This document shows, one piece after another, positions 1 through 14,400 of a DNA stretch of 64,000 nucleotides. A program made the translations under genes and the position numbers. The notes beneath the pieces were generated by a model, which worked only from the letters and a program-made list of their open reading frames with translations, was not told the origin of the DNA and did no database searches. The stretch covers positions 39,122,001 through 39,186,000 of the forward strand of contig OX597823.1 in assembly GCA_951406725.2 (NCBI GenBank). The letters are read 5' to 3'. This DNA comes from Octopus vulgaris (lineage: Eukaryota). Each line of letters begins with the position of its first letter. The stretch's first letter is position 1.

Positions 1-372
1 GTGCATGCCAACAAATATACAAAACCCAGTATACCCATTATGACTACCTGTCTCATAAGAGCACACCAGGTTCATACATCATGACCATGTGTGTAACATG
101 GTGATCTCGTATCAAGATAAACAGTGCATGGCCTGGCAGATGGGACCCAGTTAGAATGTTCTTCAGGTTAAGTAACTCATCCCACTCAGATATCCCTAAA
201 TAAGGGTTGTTTAAAGATATTGAACAAAACACCCATGTTTCCAGGGGTGAATTATTCAAACCCCAAAGATTTCCTCTCAACACATGGCTATGATGCTCAC
301 CCACTACTTCTGCTCATGATCAGAGATGCATACATCATCAGCCACTGAGAGACATGCTCAAATAATAATAAT

Positions 373-1020
373 AATGAAATTATTGTATACAGTGCTCAGG
401 TGCACCACAACTTGTCAGAAAGTGCATATAAAGTACATGCAGCAATGTAGAAATGTCTGGAAAGTGAACATGCTTGTGTGTGTATGGAGGGGAGAAAATC
501 AAGTGTAGTGTTGGCGAATCTCAGGAAACATGGAAGTTTTGAAGGATGCAGTGCTCCGACAACTAACAACTGATGCCGGCAGTTTGTTCCACGCTTCAGC
601 AACTCTCAGCGTGAAAAAAATGTTTCCTGAAGTCATGGGAGCTGTGCTGTTTTCTTACTTTGTAAATATGTCCACGGGTGTTAGATGGGTGGATTTTGAA
701 GAGGTGCTCAGAGTTATTGTTTGTGCGATGGTTGATAATTTTATGGGTGTCTGCCAAGTCAGCTGCCAGACGTCGGAGTTTCAATGTGTCCATGCCCAGG
801 GAAGTAAGGCGTTCAGGATATGGCAAATGCCTGATGGAGGGTATTCTTTTGGTTGCACGTCGCTGAACAGCTTCCAGACGATTGATGTCCTGGGCAAGAT
901 AGGGGTTCCAGACCGGTGATGCAAATTCCAGGTGAGGTCTTACCGTAGCTATATAAAGCCGCAGATAGATAGCCGGAGAGCGGCTCACAAAGGATTTGGT
1001 GAGTAATGCCAAGACACCCT
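373..1020 (-). mobile_element. CR1-type LINE 3' fragment
   Basis: RPHLEFASPVWNPY...LEAVQRRATK...YPERL; same family at 31810-32215. Confidence 0.85.
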
Positions 1021-1189
1021 CAGCCTTCTTGACAATTGGTTAAGGTCAAGCAACTGACTAGCAAATCTATGGTATTGAGCAGAATATTTGCTGTAACCTG
1101 TCTTTTACACCAAGACAAAACATGTACATGATAACACTTCCAATCAGTTAAGATCAGAAGCCATGAGAGCCTCTGCCTGGTATTGTATC

Positions 1190-1460
1190 TTGGCGGCACC
1201 TGTGCCGGTGGCACGCGTAAAAAGATTTGAGCAAGGTCATTGCCAGTACCACCTGACTGGCCCCCGTGCTGGTGGCATGTAAAAAGCACTCACTACACTC
1301 TCGGAGTGGTTGACGTTAGGAAGGGCATCCAGCTGTAGAAACTCTGCCAGATCAAGATTGGAGCCTGGTGCAGCCATCTGGTTTGCCAGCCCTCAGTCAA
1401 AATCGTCCAACCCATGCTAGCATGGAAAGCGGACGTTAAACGATGATGATGATGATGATG

Positions 1461-1462
<2 letters not shown>
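1190..1462 (+). mobile_element. RTE 3'-tail fragment
   Basis: gttaggaagggcatccagctgtag...ggaaagcggacgttaaac(gat)n; similar tails near 4620-4930, 31270-31460, 33600-33780 and 42830-43017. Confidence 0.75.
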
Positions 1463-1507
<45 letters not shown>

Positions 1508-2404
1508 CATCATTATTATTATTATCATTATTATTAATATTTCATTTGTTTTTACATTCTGAATTCAAATGCCACTGAAGCTGACTTTGCCTTTTAACCT
1601 CTCAGAGCTTATAAATATCAATTGAGTATTGGGATCAATGTAATCAATTTAACTTATCCCTCGAAGTTGCTGGCCTTGTGTTAAATTTGAAATTGTCATT
1701 ATTGTTATTATTTTGGGTTTGTTATTATTGAGTGAGAGTACAGCACATGCTATCAAAGTGACCTAGGGTACGAATATACGAAGCCCAATATACCCATCAT
1801 AACTACTCACCTGATAAGGGTATATCAGGCACATTCATCAAAACCATATGAATGTGACATGGTAACCTTTTATCAAAATAAACAGCACATGACCTTGCAG
1901 GTGGGGTCCAGTTAGAATTTTGTCCAGGTCGAGTAGCTCAGCCTGCACAAAAGGTCCCTGAATATAGGTTCCTTAAATCCTTAAAAATGTTTTAGCTCGA
2001 AGGCCGCGGCCATGCTGGGGCACCACCGCTGAAGGTTGTTTAAGAATTTGATCTCAAAATGTGAAGACAGACAAAATGCTACTAAGCATTTTTCTCGGTG
2101 ATTCTGACAGCTTGCTGCCTTAGTATAATATAGTATTGATGACAAACCACTGCAGAAATGTAGCTTTGGTTTGATTAAAATAATCAACTGAGATTTTTTT
2201 TTTGTCATTATGAAATGAGGGAAGAGTATTTTTAAAGCATGATTTGGTGAACGGGAGCATTGAACTAGAAACCGTTGAAAACCATGGATTTAATTGAGCC
2301 TCAAATATTTGACCTTGTGTCAATGTTTAGAGGTGAATATATTGGATGATAGAACTGGATGAAATTTTGTGGTCTGTTTTCTTACCATTGGTAATAACTG
2401 CTTT

Positions 2405-2405
2405 C

Positions 2406-2456
<51 letters not shown>

Positions 2457-2626
2457 GTGTGTGTGTGTGTGCGCGTGTGTGTGTCTGTATGTGCATGTAT
2501 GTATGTGTATGTATGCATATGTAATGCATAAGCATGTGAGTGAACATCTATGAATGTATGTTGTGTGCGTATGTTGTCTGTGCTTGTTGTCTATGTATGT
2601 TGTGCATATGTGTGTGTGTGTTTGAA

Positions 2627-2670
<44 letters not shown>

Positions 2671-2790
2671 CATGTATATGTGCATGTATATGTATATATG
2701 TATGTGTATATGTTGTATGTGTGTTTGTTGAGTGTGTGTCTGCATGTGTGTGTGTGTGTATGTATGTGTGTGTGTGTGTACGTGCGCATG
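2405..2790. repeat. (TG)n compound microsatellite
   Basis: Direct observation. Confidence 0.95.
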
Positions 2791-3941
2791 AAAGAAACTC
2801 CATTAGATGTTTTAATAAGACATTTATAACTTTTAAATGATTTGACTCAAAAGAAACCTCAAAGACTGTGTCATATCTTGAAACTAAATCAAATGACAAA
2901 AAGTTCTATATGAAATGAAAATACAATATTTTACCCTTTATCTTTATCTCCTAATTTTATCTCATCAACCAACAATTGCTGAAATAACCCCAAATCAGTA
3001 TCTGAACAAGGTAATGTGCAAAATAATTATTTTTATATTTTTAATTGCAAATTAATTGGAAGAGGGAGCAGAATGTGTTGTATGCTGGATGAACAGTGTT
3101 GATTTGTGATATAAAACAAATATGAATAAGTTGAAAAACAAACTGGACATCAAATATAAAGACCAGATATATACACCAACAACTGGACATGAAATATATA
3201 GACCATAAAATATACACCCAGAACTGGGCAGCAAATGTATAGACCATAAAATATAACCAAACTGAAAACCAAACATATAGGACTCCCTTTGTGCAAAAGC
3301 TGTTTTTGTTGGTTCAAATATGTTGTTGATGGTGTTTAGCCCTAGGTCAGCCCTGTTTGAGCAGGCACAGTCATAGGTATTAAAAAAAATAACCATCCTG
3401 TTTATTTTTCAGGAATAATGCACTTTGGATGTCACTTTTTAATGTTTCCCTTTTTCTGACAGTAGAGTGATGTTTGAAGGTGATTTGGCTGCTATATTTA
3501 ACAGGTAAATCATCCTTGTAGGAGTACCTTTTTATGGCATGCTGATAGGTGATTAAAACTGTTTGACAAAGTATCTTAAATCTGTAGTGGAATGGTAGAG
3601 TAAGGATTATCTGCAAGGGAATTATTTAGGGTTTAGTGGTAAGCTGACACAAGATTTGGTTGATGATCTGTATGTTTGATACCAAATATTGCTGGGCTTA
3701 AAGAATCCTAGATGAAATGGTACTATTTATCTTCCCGATGATAAATAAAAATAGAAACACGAATAACCGAATAAATAAACAAATAAACAAACAAAAATTG
3801 AGTTGAATTAATGATATTCTTCTGCGTAATTCTTAACAAAGTTTGTATATAATGGAAAGAGAAGAAAAAGAAAACAATAGAAAAGAATATAAACAATAAA
3901 TACACTGTACCTGAGCACTGTATACAATAAACCCATTATTA

Positions 3942-4001
<60 letters not shown>

Positions 4002-4002
<1 letters not shown>

Positions 4003-4515
4003 GTGGCGAGCTCACAGATTTGTTAGCTCACCAGGCAAAATGTTTAACAGCATTTTGTCTGTCTTTATGTTCCGAGTAGTTCAAATTCCACAGTGGTCAT
4101 CTTTGCCTTTCATCCTTTCCGTATCGATAAAATAAGTACCAGCGGAGTACTGGTGCCGATGTAATCAACTAGTCCCCTCACCTGAGATTTCAGGCCATGT
4201 GCCTATAGTAGAAAGGATCATCATCAACGTCATCGTCATCGTCATCGTCATCGTCATTGTCATTGTCATCGTCATCGTCATCATCATCATCATCATCATC
4301 ATCATCGTCATCATTCAAGCTAAGGTGGCAAGCTCACAGAGTCATTACTGCACTGGGCAATATACTTAATGGCATCTCTTCTTGCTCTTCACATTCTGAG
4401 TTCAAATTCCACTACAGTTGACTTTGCTTCATCTTTTTGAGATTGATTACAAAGTACCTGTCAAGTACTAGGGCCAATGCAATCGACATGCCATTTCCCT
4501 TCAAAATTGCCGTCC
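4002..4515 (+). mobile_element. Two tRNA-derived SINE copies (same family) separated by (CAT)n
   Basis: ggcgagctcacag...gttcaaattcc...gcctttcatcctttc; other copies near 1550-1690, 8350-8555 and 63385-63600. Confidence 0.75.
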
Positions 4516-4988
4516 CTCACTCATTTGGACCCACATAAAAATTGTACTAGTTCCACATAAAAAGCTCCTGTGTTGGTGCCACATAGAAAGCACCCATGCT
4601 GGTACCATCTATAAAGCACTTCTGCAAGTGCCACATATAAAGCACCCATGCCAATGCCATGTATAAAGCCCCCAGTACACTTTGTAAAGTGCTTGGCATT
4701 AGGAAGGACATTCAGTTGTAGAAACCATTTGAAAACAGACAATTGGAACCTGAACAGTTCTTCAGCTGGTCAGCTTTCCAGCTAGCCAGCTCCTGTCAAA
4801 CTGTCCAACACATAACTGTATGGAAAATAAATGTTAAGTGATGATGATGATAATGATGATGATTATGATGATGATGATGATGATGATAATGATGATGATA
4901 ATGATGATGATAATGATGATGATGATGACATGCCAAATCTTGATGCAATCTTATTATTTTAAATACTGAGTAAAGAAAACAGACTTAC

Positions 4989-5097
4989 CTGATACATTGA
5001 TCCAGTTTCAATACATCTCTACCCTTATCTGCATACTGACAGATTTACTCCAAAGTAAATGCACACGAAGCTATGCAAGCAATGAGATAATCCAATG
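4989..5097 (-). other. Candidate non-coding exon
   Basis: tttctag| ... tcag|gtaagt; stops in all three frames. Confidence 0.35.
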
Positions 5098-6338
5098 CTA
5101 GAAATCTTTAATGCATGAACACAATTATATTCCAATAAGATATAAAATATAATTATAAATTCCAGTAAAATAGAATTAGAAATAAACTGACTTCACGGAA
5201 TTTTCATGAGAGAAATTTTTTTTATTTAAACCAGGTTTTGTACAGAACATTTCAGTTAGATATTTTACAAGTGTAGCTCTTCTCTGCTTCAATAATATTA
5301 ATGTATCTTTTTCTCTTCTTCATGTTTTTATTCAATACTTATTTGTTCCCACCTCTCTCTCTCCATATCTTTTTTTCTCTCTCTCTCTTGTTTCTGTGTC
5401 TCTTTTTCTCTCAATAATGTCACCTTCCTCAAACGTTTGTAATGGTTCATGGTTTTAGAAAGTGATATCATCTCTAAGGTTACCATAGTGTAAAGTTGAG
5501 AAATTGTCTTGTATAACCAAGCATCGAATTACCTTAGGCCTGCGTTCCTTTTAAACAAAGTAGACATTTGTTTTCATACAAACGACTAACCCAATCTTCT
5601 TACTTTTTCTCGGTCACCTGAGGTCTGACTGATCCCCTCCAACTGCCATGATTGCAGTTTATATCTTCAGAAGAAGAAGCTTCACTGTGTATTAGCATAT
5701 GTCAACACATTTACATACATAAGAACAGACCAATACACACAAATACCTGCGTGCACACATATACACACACACGTACGCACGCCCGCACACAGATACACAC
5801 AGAGACATAGACACGCGTGCGCGCAGCTAACTGATTTGATGCTATTGTTTAGCTCAAGATCAGTCCTACTTCAGCAGGCCCAAAGTGAAAAATTTTGCAC
5901 CCAGGTCGATCTTTTTCTTCCATTCAGACACTTCTTCAATGTGTCTTTCATTTTTTGCTATGATGTTAGGATTTGATTCGATGAAGATTTTGTTGCTATT
6001 TCTACTACCTGGAGTGAAATGTGAACATATCGTCGAACTGCTATTTCTAGCAAATTAAACGACTACAAGCTCGTCACAAATAAATTTACAAGGGAGACAA
6101 CTTTTCAAATTTTAAGGGAAATAACTCTAAATTCTTTTTTTTTTTTTATTCTTTCATTTTTCTCAGTCATTTCACTGCAGCAAATGCTGGAGCAGCGCCT
6201 TTTGAAAATAATTATTTAAAATCCATTTCTTTCAAACTTTTCTCATAAGAAACTCCTAACGTACATACACAAATATATACAACACAAACGTACTTACAAA
6301 CACACGTACACTTCCAAGTATGTGGTTCATATATGTGA

Positions 6339-6582
<244 letters not shown>

Positions 6583-6989
6583 ACAGAGAGAGATAGAGAG
6601 ATAGAGAGAGGGAAAGAGGGAGAAAGAAAGAGGTGTGGAATAAGAAGAACTAATACACAGGTCTTTTGGGAAATATAAGCGGTTCTATGGTGATATGGTT
6701 TTTTAAGGCTTTGCATTGCTGTATGGTAAAGAAGCTTGCTCTGCAACCATGTAGAACTGCATGGCACCTTGGGTTCCCTACTATAGCTCTGGACCAACCA
6801 ATGCCTTGTTAGTGAATTTGGTAGACAAAAACTGTGTTGAGGCCTGTTGAGTGTGTGTGTGTGTGTGATCATCATCATTTAGTGTCTGTTTTCCATGGTG
6901 GCATGGGTTGGATTGTGTAGACAAAGACACACACACCTATCATATACTGTCATGTGGTGTGTCTTTGTTTTGCAGTGCTTCTCCCCTAT

Positions 6990-7900
6990 TCGTTAATTTT
7001 TGTGATGGCTGAAACAAAGAAACAGTGAGCTTCCTTGAAATTCTGTTTTCTGCTGGGGAAAATGGTGACCAAAACAGTTGTCATGCTTTAAACAACCTAC
7101 AAGGACGCTGCCATGAGCAAAACACAAGTTTACAAGTGGTTTTCACACTTTAAGAATAGTCATTTGTTGCTTGAAAACCAATCTCATTCAGAGTGACTGT
7201 TGACCTCCTGAATGAATGAAAAACATCACAAAGATTCATGAATTGATTTTGGAGGACCAAGGCTGAACAATTGATGAACTTGTTGGTATGACTGGTGTAT
7301 CCTAGAGCTCCTGCCAACGAACTTTAAGTGAGGAATTGCAAATAAAAAGAGTTGCAGCAAAATTTGTGCTTTGCTTGGTCATGGAAGATCAAAAGCAGTC
7401 ATGACTGAATGTGAGTCATTAACTGAAAAAGCAGTTGGAAGTTGACCCAAACATTTTTCTGAAGGTCATCATTGATAATGAAAGCTGATGCTATGGCTAC
7501 GCTTCGGGAACGAAGCAGCAATCAACTCAGCGGAAGCATTCAATGTCACCACATCTCAAAAAAAAAAGCCTGTCAAGTGAAGTCCAATGTCAAGATGATG
7601 CTGATTTCTTTCATTGATGTGAAAGGAATTGTCCACACAGAATTTGTTCCTCCTCGTCAAACTGTTAACCAGACATTTTACTTGGTAGTTCTGAAGCTTT
7701 TGGGAGACGTAGTGAGATGAAAACTCCCTGACTTGTGGCAAAGTGGAGAGTGGTGGTTTCATTGTAACAATGCATCTTTGCACACTGCCTTGTGTGTGAG
7801 ACAGTTTTTGACCAAAAACGGCATGACTCCACTTATGCACCCTCCCTATTCGCCCGATCTTACTCTCTGTAACTTTATTGTGTTCCCCCAAATGAAAAAC
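6990..7900 (+). mobile_element. Decayed mariner transposase
   Basis: SNVKMMLISFIDVKGIVHTEFVP, HPPYSPDLTLCNF. Confidence 0.85.
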
Positions 7901-8150
7901 TACACAATGACGAGAACACAAACACAAACTATACAAGGAAAATCTATGACATCTGTTTTTATTTTGCATGCTTTTCCATTTACTAATTATACATACCAAC
8001 CCATTGTGGTTTTGGATTTTTTTACAATGTAACGGTAAATAGATATTTTCTTCACAACTTCAATCACTGTTCTTTCATCTTTACATAATGGCAATCAATA
8101 AAGAACCAGTCCTTACAAACTGATTATGACTCCGACGTTCCATACTATTG

Positions 8151-8310
8151 ATTACAAATTGATGACCCTACCATTACAAATTGGTGACCCCAGCATTACA
8201 AATTGGTAATCCTGGCATTACAAATTGCTAACCCTGGCGCTACAAATTGGTGATCCCAATGTTGCACCATAACAGGCATCGATTACAAATTTATGACCCT
8301 ACCATTACAA
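8151..8310. repeat. 22-bp minisatellite (attacaaattggtgaccc...), about 5 tandem units plus detached copies
   Basis: Directly visible 22-nt periodicity. Confidence 0.85.
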
Positions 8311-8950
8311 CTATATTGGATAAAGTAATATTACATAAATGATAGCAAGGTGGCAAGGTGGCAGAATAATTAGCACCTTGTGCAGAATCTTAGTGACACT
8401 TCATCTGTCTGCACATTGTAAGTTCAAATTCTGTTGTGATCGACTTTACCTTTCATTTCAGGGTTAATGAAATAAATACCAGTTGAGTACTGGGATCAAT
8501 GTACGTGATTTAGCTCCTTCCCCAAGACTGATGGCTTTGTGCCAAAATTTGAAACCAATATTATATATATAATATCTGGACCTGGAGCTAAATAACTACA
8601 AAGCTACATAGACACAGACTGGTAAAGGAAACCATCATTATGATAAATAGGTCAAATATTTAACAAAGATCTTCTTGTTTGAAGGTAATCTAAGATCAAA
8701 TAGAATATTGAGAAGATGTAAAGACAATGTCACCTGATATCTAATTAAAGGTAAATTTACCTTATTCCAGGTGGGTGGTTAACAAGAAAAGTATTGAGTT
8801 TAATGGATGTCATGCATGAATCAGATTCCAAATTCATTTTTGCATCTCTGACATGACAAGACAAGTAAAGGTCATTAATAAATTCGTTAGTAACAATTTA
8901 ATCACTAAGATTTACAAAATAGTTCTTGTTTATTATGAAGATGCACTTAC

Positions 8951-8984
8951 CTGGTGAAATGCACTTGATCTGGGACTGTTGAAA
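8951..8984 (-). other. Candidate 34-nt exon of an unidentified minus-strand transcript
   Basis: tctcctccttgcag| ... ccag|gtaagt, near-consensus splice sites in non-repetitive sequence. Confidence 0.45.
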
Positions 8985-9133
8985 CTGCAAGGAGGAGACA
9001 TTCAGAAACACAAAGACTGTTAACTTCATTTAAGCATTTATTACTTAATGTCAAAATTTTGTTGCATGAACTGCAACCTAGTTAGTGACACAGTTCCATT
9101 GTAACTGGCTTGAGACAAGACAGAGGTCCTATA

Positions 9134-12100
9134 TCATCATCATCATCATCATCGTTTAGCGTCCGCTTTCCATGCTGACATGGGTTGGACGGTGCAACTG
9201 GGGTCTGGGAAGCCGGAAGGCTGCACCAGGCCCGGTCTCATCTGGCAATGTTTCTACGGCTGGATGCCCTTCCTAACGCCAACCACTCCATGAGTGTAGT
9301 GGGTGCTTTTTATGTGCCACCTGCACAGGTGCCAGACAAGTCTGGCAAACGGCCACGGTTGGACGGTGCTTTTTATGTGCCACCGGCACGGAGGCCAGGC
9401 GAGGCTGGCAATGGCCACGATCGGATGGTGCTTTTTACGTGCCACTGGCACGGAAGCCAGTCAGGGCGGCACTGGCAACGGCCACGTTTGGATGGTTCTC
9501 TTATGTGCCACCAGCACTGAATCACAGCGACAATTTCCATTCATGTTGATCGATTTTGATTTTTGATTTTGTCATTTTTTGATTTTGTCATTTTTGATTT
9601 TGATTTTCACTTGCCTCAACAGGTCTTCACAAGTAGGGTTTTGTGTCCCAAGAAGGAAAGGTATGCATAAGCGGACTGAGGCCATGGGTGATGGTCTCAC
9701 TTGTCCTGCCAGGTCTTCTCACGCACAGCATACTTCCAAAGGTCTCGGTCTCTAGTCATTTCCTCGGTGAGACCTAAAGTTCGAAGGTCGTGCTTCACCA
9801 CCACATCCCAGGTTTTCCTGGGTCTGCCTCTTCCACAGATTTCCTCAACAGCTAGGGTGTGGCACTTTTTCACACAGCTATCCTCATTCATTCTCGCCAC
9901 GTGGCCATACCAGCGCAAACGTCTCTCTTGCACACCGCAACTGATGCTTCTTAGGTCCAACTTCTCTCTCAAGGTACTTACACTCTGTCGAGTATGAATA
10001 CTGACATTACACATCCATCGGAGCATACTGGCTTCATTTCTTGCGAGCTTACGCATATCCTCAGCAGTCATGGCCCATGTTTCACTGCCATGTAGCATGG
10101 CTGTTCGTACACAAGCATCATACAGTCTACATTTTACTCTGAGCGAGAGGCCTTTTGTCCCTAGCAGAGGTAAGAGCTCTCTGAACTTTGCCCAAGCTAT
10201 TCTTACTCTAGCAGTTACACTTTCAACACACCCGCCCCCGCTACTGACTTGGTCACCTAGGTAACGGAAGCTATCAACTATTTCTAGTTTTTCTCCCTGG
10301 AAAGTGACGGAAGTTGGTCTCAGAGCATTATCAGTGTTTATTGCTCCTGAGCATCTGCCACAGACAAAAACTATCTTCCTAGTTAGCCTTCCCTTGACGT
10401 TGCTGCACCTCTTGTGTGTCCATAGCTTACACTTGGTGCATCTTATAGAGTTTCTACCTATGCCTTTCCTACAGATCGAGCAAAGCCATCTACCTGAAGG
10501 CGTTTGTGACTTGTCTACCTTCCTACTTATTAGGACTTTGGTTTTAGCTAGGTTGACTCTAAGGCCCTTCGATTCTAATCCTTGCTTCCACACCTGAAAC
10601 TTCTCCTCCAGTTCTGATAGTGACTCAGCAATTAGAGCAAGGTCATCAGCATAGAGGAGCTCCCAGGGGCATCCTGTCTTGAATTCCTCCGTTATTGCCT
10701 GGAGGACTACGATAAATAGGAGGGGCTGAGGGCTGAACCTTGGTGGACCTCTACCTCTACCTGTAATTCTTCACTGTACTCGTAGCCAACCCTCACTTTA
10801 CTAGCAGCGTCCCTGTACATGGCTTGCACAGCTCTCACTAACCATTCATCTATCCCTAGTTTCCTCATTGACCACCAGATAAGGGATCGGGGGACCCTGT
10901 TGAAAGCTTTCTCCATGTCAACGAAAGCCAGGTACAGGGCCTTATCTTTGGCTAGATATTTTTCCTGCAGTTGTCTTACCAGGAATATGGCATCAGTGGT
11001 GCTTTTCCCTGGCATGAACCCAAATTGCATCTCATCTAAACTAACTCTCTCTCTAATTAGTTGGGCTATGACCCTCTCCGTAACCTTCATTACCTGATCC
11101 AACAGCTTGATACCTCTGTAATTATTTGTATCTAGGGCATCACCTTTACCTTTGTAGCAGTTGACTATTATGCTGCTACACCAGTCATTGGGTATGACTC
11201 CTTCGTGTATTACCTGGTTAACTATACGGGTGACTAGGCTATAGCCAACACTACCAGATATTTTGAGCATCTCTGCAGTAATTCCTGATGGGCCTGGGCT
11301 TTCCCTGTCTTCATGCTTCTAATTGCCTCAATTACCAAGGAACTGTCAACTTGGATAGCTGGTCTCTCCGTTGGGTCGACATTCGGCAGACTCTCTTTAT
11401 CCCATTCATTTTCTTCATTCAGCAACCTTTCATAGTGGCGTCTCCACACCTCTCTCTTTGCATCCTCATTTAGCGCAAGTGAACCATCATCCATGCGAAC
11501 ACATTTCTCTCCTACCACATCACGATTCTCTCTCACACACTGTCTTGCAACGCGAAATACCTCAAGTCTTTGGTCCTCACGGCGCAGAACATTGGCAAAT
11601 TTTTTCTTATCTGCTAAATAAACCTGTCTCCTAGCTTCTCTTTTGGTAGTCTGATACAATTCCCTGCTACCCCCATTTTTCCAGTCCTTCCAAGCCTGTC
11701 TCTTTTCTCTAATAGCCCTGTCTACAACATTGTTCCACCACCATGTTATTCTAGGTCGAGAGGGGACTTTGCACCAGCCACAGATCTGGTCAGTGGCTCT
11801 CAGCAGGTTGTCCCTTAGAAACGTCCAGTTGTCTTCTACCCCCTGTGATACTCTATCCCCTTCTACTTCGTCAAAGGCTTCAAGTAGCATGTCCCTAAAC
11901 CTCTGTCCATTTGCAGGATCTTTAAGCTTCCAGATCCTTCTTCTCCATGTTGGTGGTCTTCTGGTCGTCCTCTTAGTCCTGATCCTAAAGTCACTAACTA
12001 CCAGTCTATGTTGTGGGGTACATTCTTCACCTGGGAAGGTTTTGGCATTTATAAGCAGCCATCTTTCCCTTTTCCTGGCAAGGATGTATCAATTTGGCTG

Positions 12101-12565
12101 GTATGTCGACCCGATCGGTAGGTGACTAAGTGGCTGGTAGGTTTCCTGAAGTTAGTGTTGCAAACCATGAGATCATTTGCGTCGCAGAACTCCAGGAGCC
12201 TGGTTCCCTCCTCATTGCGGGAACCATAGCCATAGCCTCCATGTACACCATGGAAGCCCCCAGCACGTTTTCCAACATGCCCATTGAAATCACCAGCCAC
12301 AAAGAGAAGGTCTCTGTCATTTGTCAACGAGGTAGTCTGCAGTAAGGCGTCATAGAATTGGTCTTTCTGTCCATCGGGTAGCCCTGGCTGAGGGGCATAA
12401 GCCGATATAATGGTTGCTAATCCATGATGAAGCACTATTCTAATCTTAAGTATTCTGTCACTTACTCTGATTACCTCAAGTACCTTATGTACCAATTTTT
12501 CAGCGATAAGTATACCCACACCTCCAACCCCGTCAGTGTTTCCTGCCCAGAAAATCTTGTACCTG
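9134..12565 (-). mobile_element. RTE-clade LINE, 5'-truncated and frameshifted (APE + RT + Cys-rich finger, repetitive 3' UTR, (GAT)n tail)
   Basis: APE motifs GVGGVGIL, AYAPQ, GDFNGH; RT motifs NYRGIKLL, QFGF, FVDMEKAF, HQGS, LLYADDL; ORFs 12049-12588, 11234-11890, 10707-11270, 9697-10593. Confidence 0.92.
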
Positions 12566-12851
12566 TGTGTATATATATATATACACACACAGCAATAAGA
12601 AAATGGAGGGGATCAAGAGGTGGTACTCATCAACTTTTAGACATTATATTATGTCTATTTATTTATTGGTACATAAATTAAGAGTAAAAAACTTTTTTTT
12701 ACCCTCACCCATTTATTATATTCAGTAGTGTAATTGCCACACAAAAAAAAAAACCCACTTGTGTATTAATAATTGGTTTTTCTGCCAGCAGTATATTGGA
12801 TAGATATTATCCCTTAGTTGGTTGGATTAACAACCTCTAACTCTTTTGGAA

Positions 12852-12902
<51 letters not shown>

Positions 12903-12979
12903 CTAGCTTAAAAGTGCGTGGATTTTAAGCCAGTTTAGAGCTTTTAAGCTACTGATCCCAAAGTATGGGATTCAAGCCT

Positions 12980-13480
12980 CTTCTCCTTATCTCCTCAAAG
13001 ACATACATCATCTCAAAAGAGTCCAGAAGCTGGCTACCCACATGGTTCTTGGTCTCAAGCATTTGTCTTATGAAGAAAGGCTGAAGACGCTTGACCTTTA
13101 TTCTCTAGAAAAACAACGACTCCGTGCTGATCTCATTCTCGCTCACAACATCATAAGTGGAAAGTGTAACCTCTCGAAAGAGCTGTTCTTCACTCCTGCT
13201 CCAGAGCATCGGCTGCGGGGTCACTCCGAAAAGCTTTATCTGCGACGATTTCATCTCAATTGAAGGATAAGGGGCTTTCTCCGTCCGGGTTGTGGATCTG
13301 TGGAATAAGCTGCCAGACGAGATAGTGAAGATGCCAACGACTGCTCGGTTCAAAGACTCTCTTGACCAGAAATGGCCTGAACTCTTTGCATGAACACCCT
13401 CCCTGTACATAACTCCATGTCCCCCTACATGGCCTTGCTTTTGCTTTTTGAGCTAAAAAATTAACTTAACTTAACTTAAC
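12980..13480 (+). mobile_element. CR1-type LINE 3' fragment with (TTAAC)n tail
   Basis: LSYEERLKTLDLYSLEKQRLRADLI...RGHSEKL. Confidence 0.85.
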
Positions 13481-14075
13481 TCTAAATAGGAAAATCTGCA
13501 AACAGATCTCTGACTTGTTTTGGAGAATTTGTTACAGTTGGTTCCTCCAGAGTCATATCCCAATGATGATCATATCTGTCATAAAAAAATCACATTAAAA
13601 AATTGCTGTAAATAATTGCTGGATTTTGTAATTAATTTCAATTATTCCCCAAATTTATTTCCAAGTTATAAAAATTGTTATAAAAAAAAATTCATCACAA
13701 AAAAAATCATGTAAAAAAAATCACTGAAAGCAATTGTAATAATGAAAACTTAGGAATCCAAAATTTCAGGATTGTGGGTCCGGATTTGGCCTGGAATATT
13801 TTAATTTACTCATAAAGTCGGCCAGATTCCAAAATGGTATGATATGTTGGGCTACAGCCTCTAAGAGTAAAGTTGAAAAAGTGTGACACACTGACATACT
13901 GCCATTTGCATTTATTATATATATACAGTAAAAGCAATTAAGATTCAAGTGAGTTCTGTTGAATTCACATGAATGCGGTACTTAACTTAGATGCACCAGA
14001 AATCTATATGGTATTAACCATAAGATAATGCGTGGTGATTATAAACAAGAAAAAAGCAACAAAAATGGATCAATA

Positions 14076-14165
14076 TTTCGGTACAATTGTTTCGTACGAA
14101 GACCACCTTTATTAAGGTTGCAAATATTGCAGCAAATACAAGTGACCCGTACTCATCAGCCGAAA
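14076..14165 (-). ncRNA. Type I hammerhead ribozyme motif (mirror copy)
   Basis: Reverse complement of 14311-14400. Confidence 0.85.
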
Positions 14166-14310
14166 ACATCTGAGTTCTCGTAACATTTAAGGCTGAGCTA
14201 CACTCTGAAATATCAGGGATAGTTCTATAAAAATGATTTTTATAGAACTATCCCTGATGTTTCAGGAGTGTAGCCTCAGCCCCTTAGATGTTACGAGAAC
14301 TCAGATGTTT

Positions 14311-14400
14311 TTTCGGCTGATGAGTACGGGTCACTTGTATTTGCTGCAATATTTGCAACCTTAATAAAGGTGGTCTTCGTACGAAACAATTGTACCGAAA
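14311..14400 (+). ncRNA. Type I hammerhead ribozyme motif with long stem II
   Basis: UUUCGG-CUGAUGA-GUACG...CGUAC-GAAA-CAAUUG-UA-CCGAAA: intact core, 6-bp stem I, self-complementary stem III, GUA site at 14394. Confidence 0.85.

Noticed and set aside
2320-2899. Many HT/VC-repeat ORFs (also 6320-6678, 21837-22221, 29469-29931, 41410-41753, 62170-62647)
   Set aside because: Translations of microsatellites with no coding signal.
8151-8310. CRISPR-like periodicity
   Set aside because: Contiguous 22-bp units without true spacers and no cas genes.
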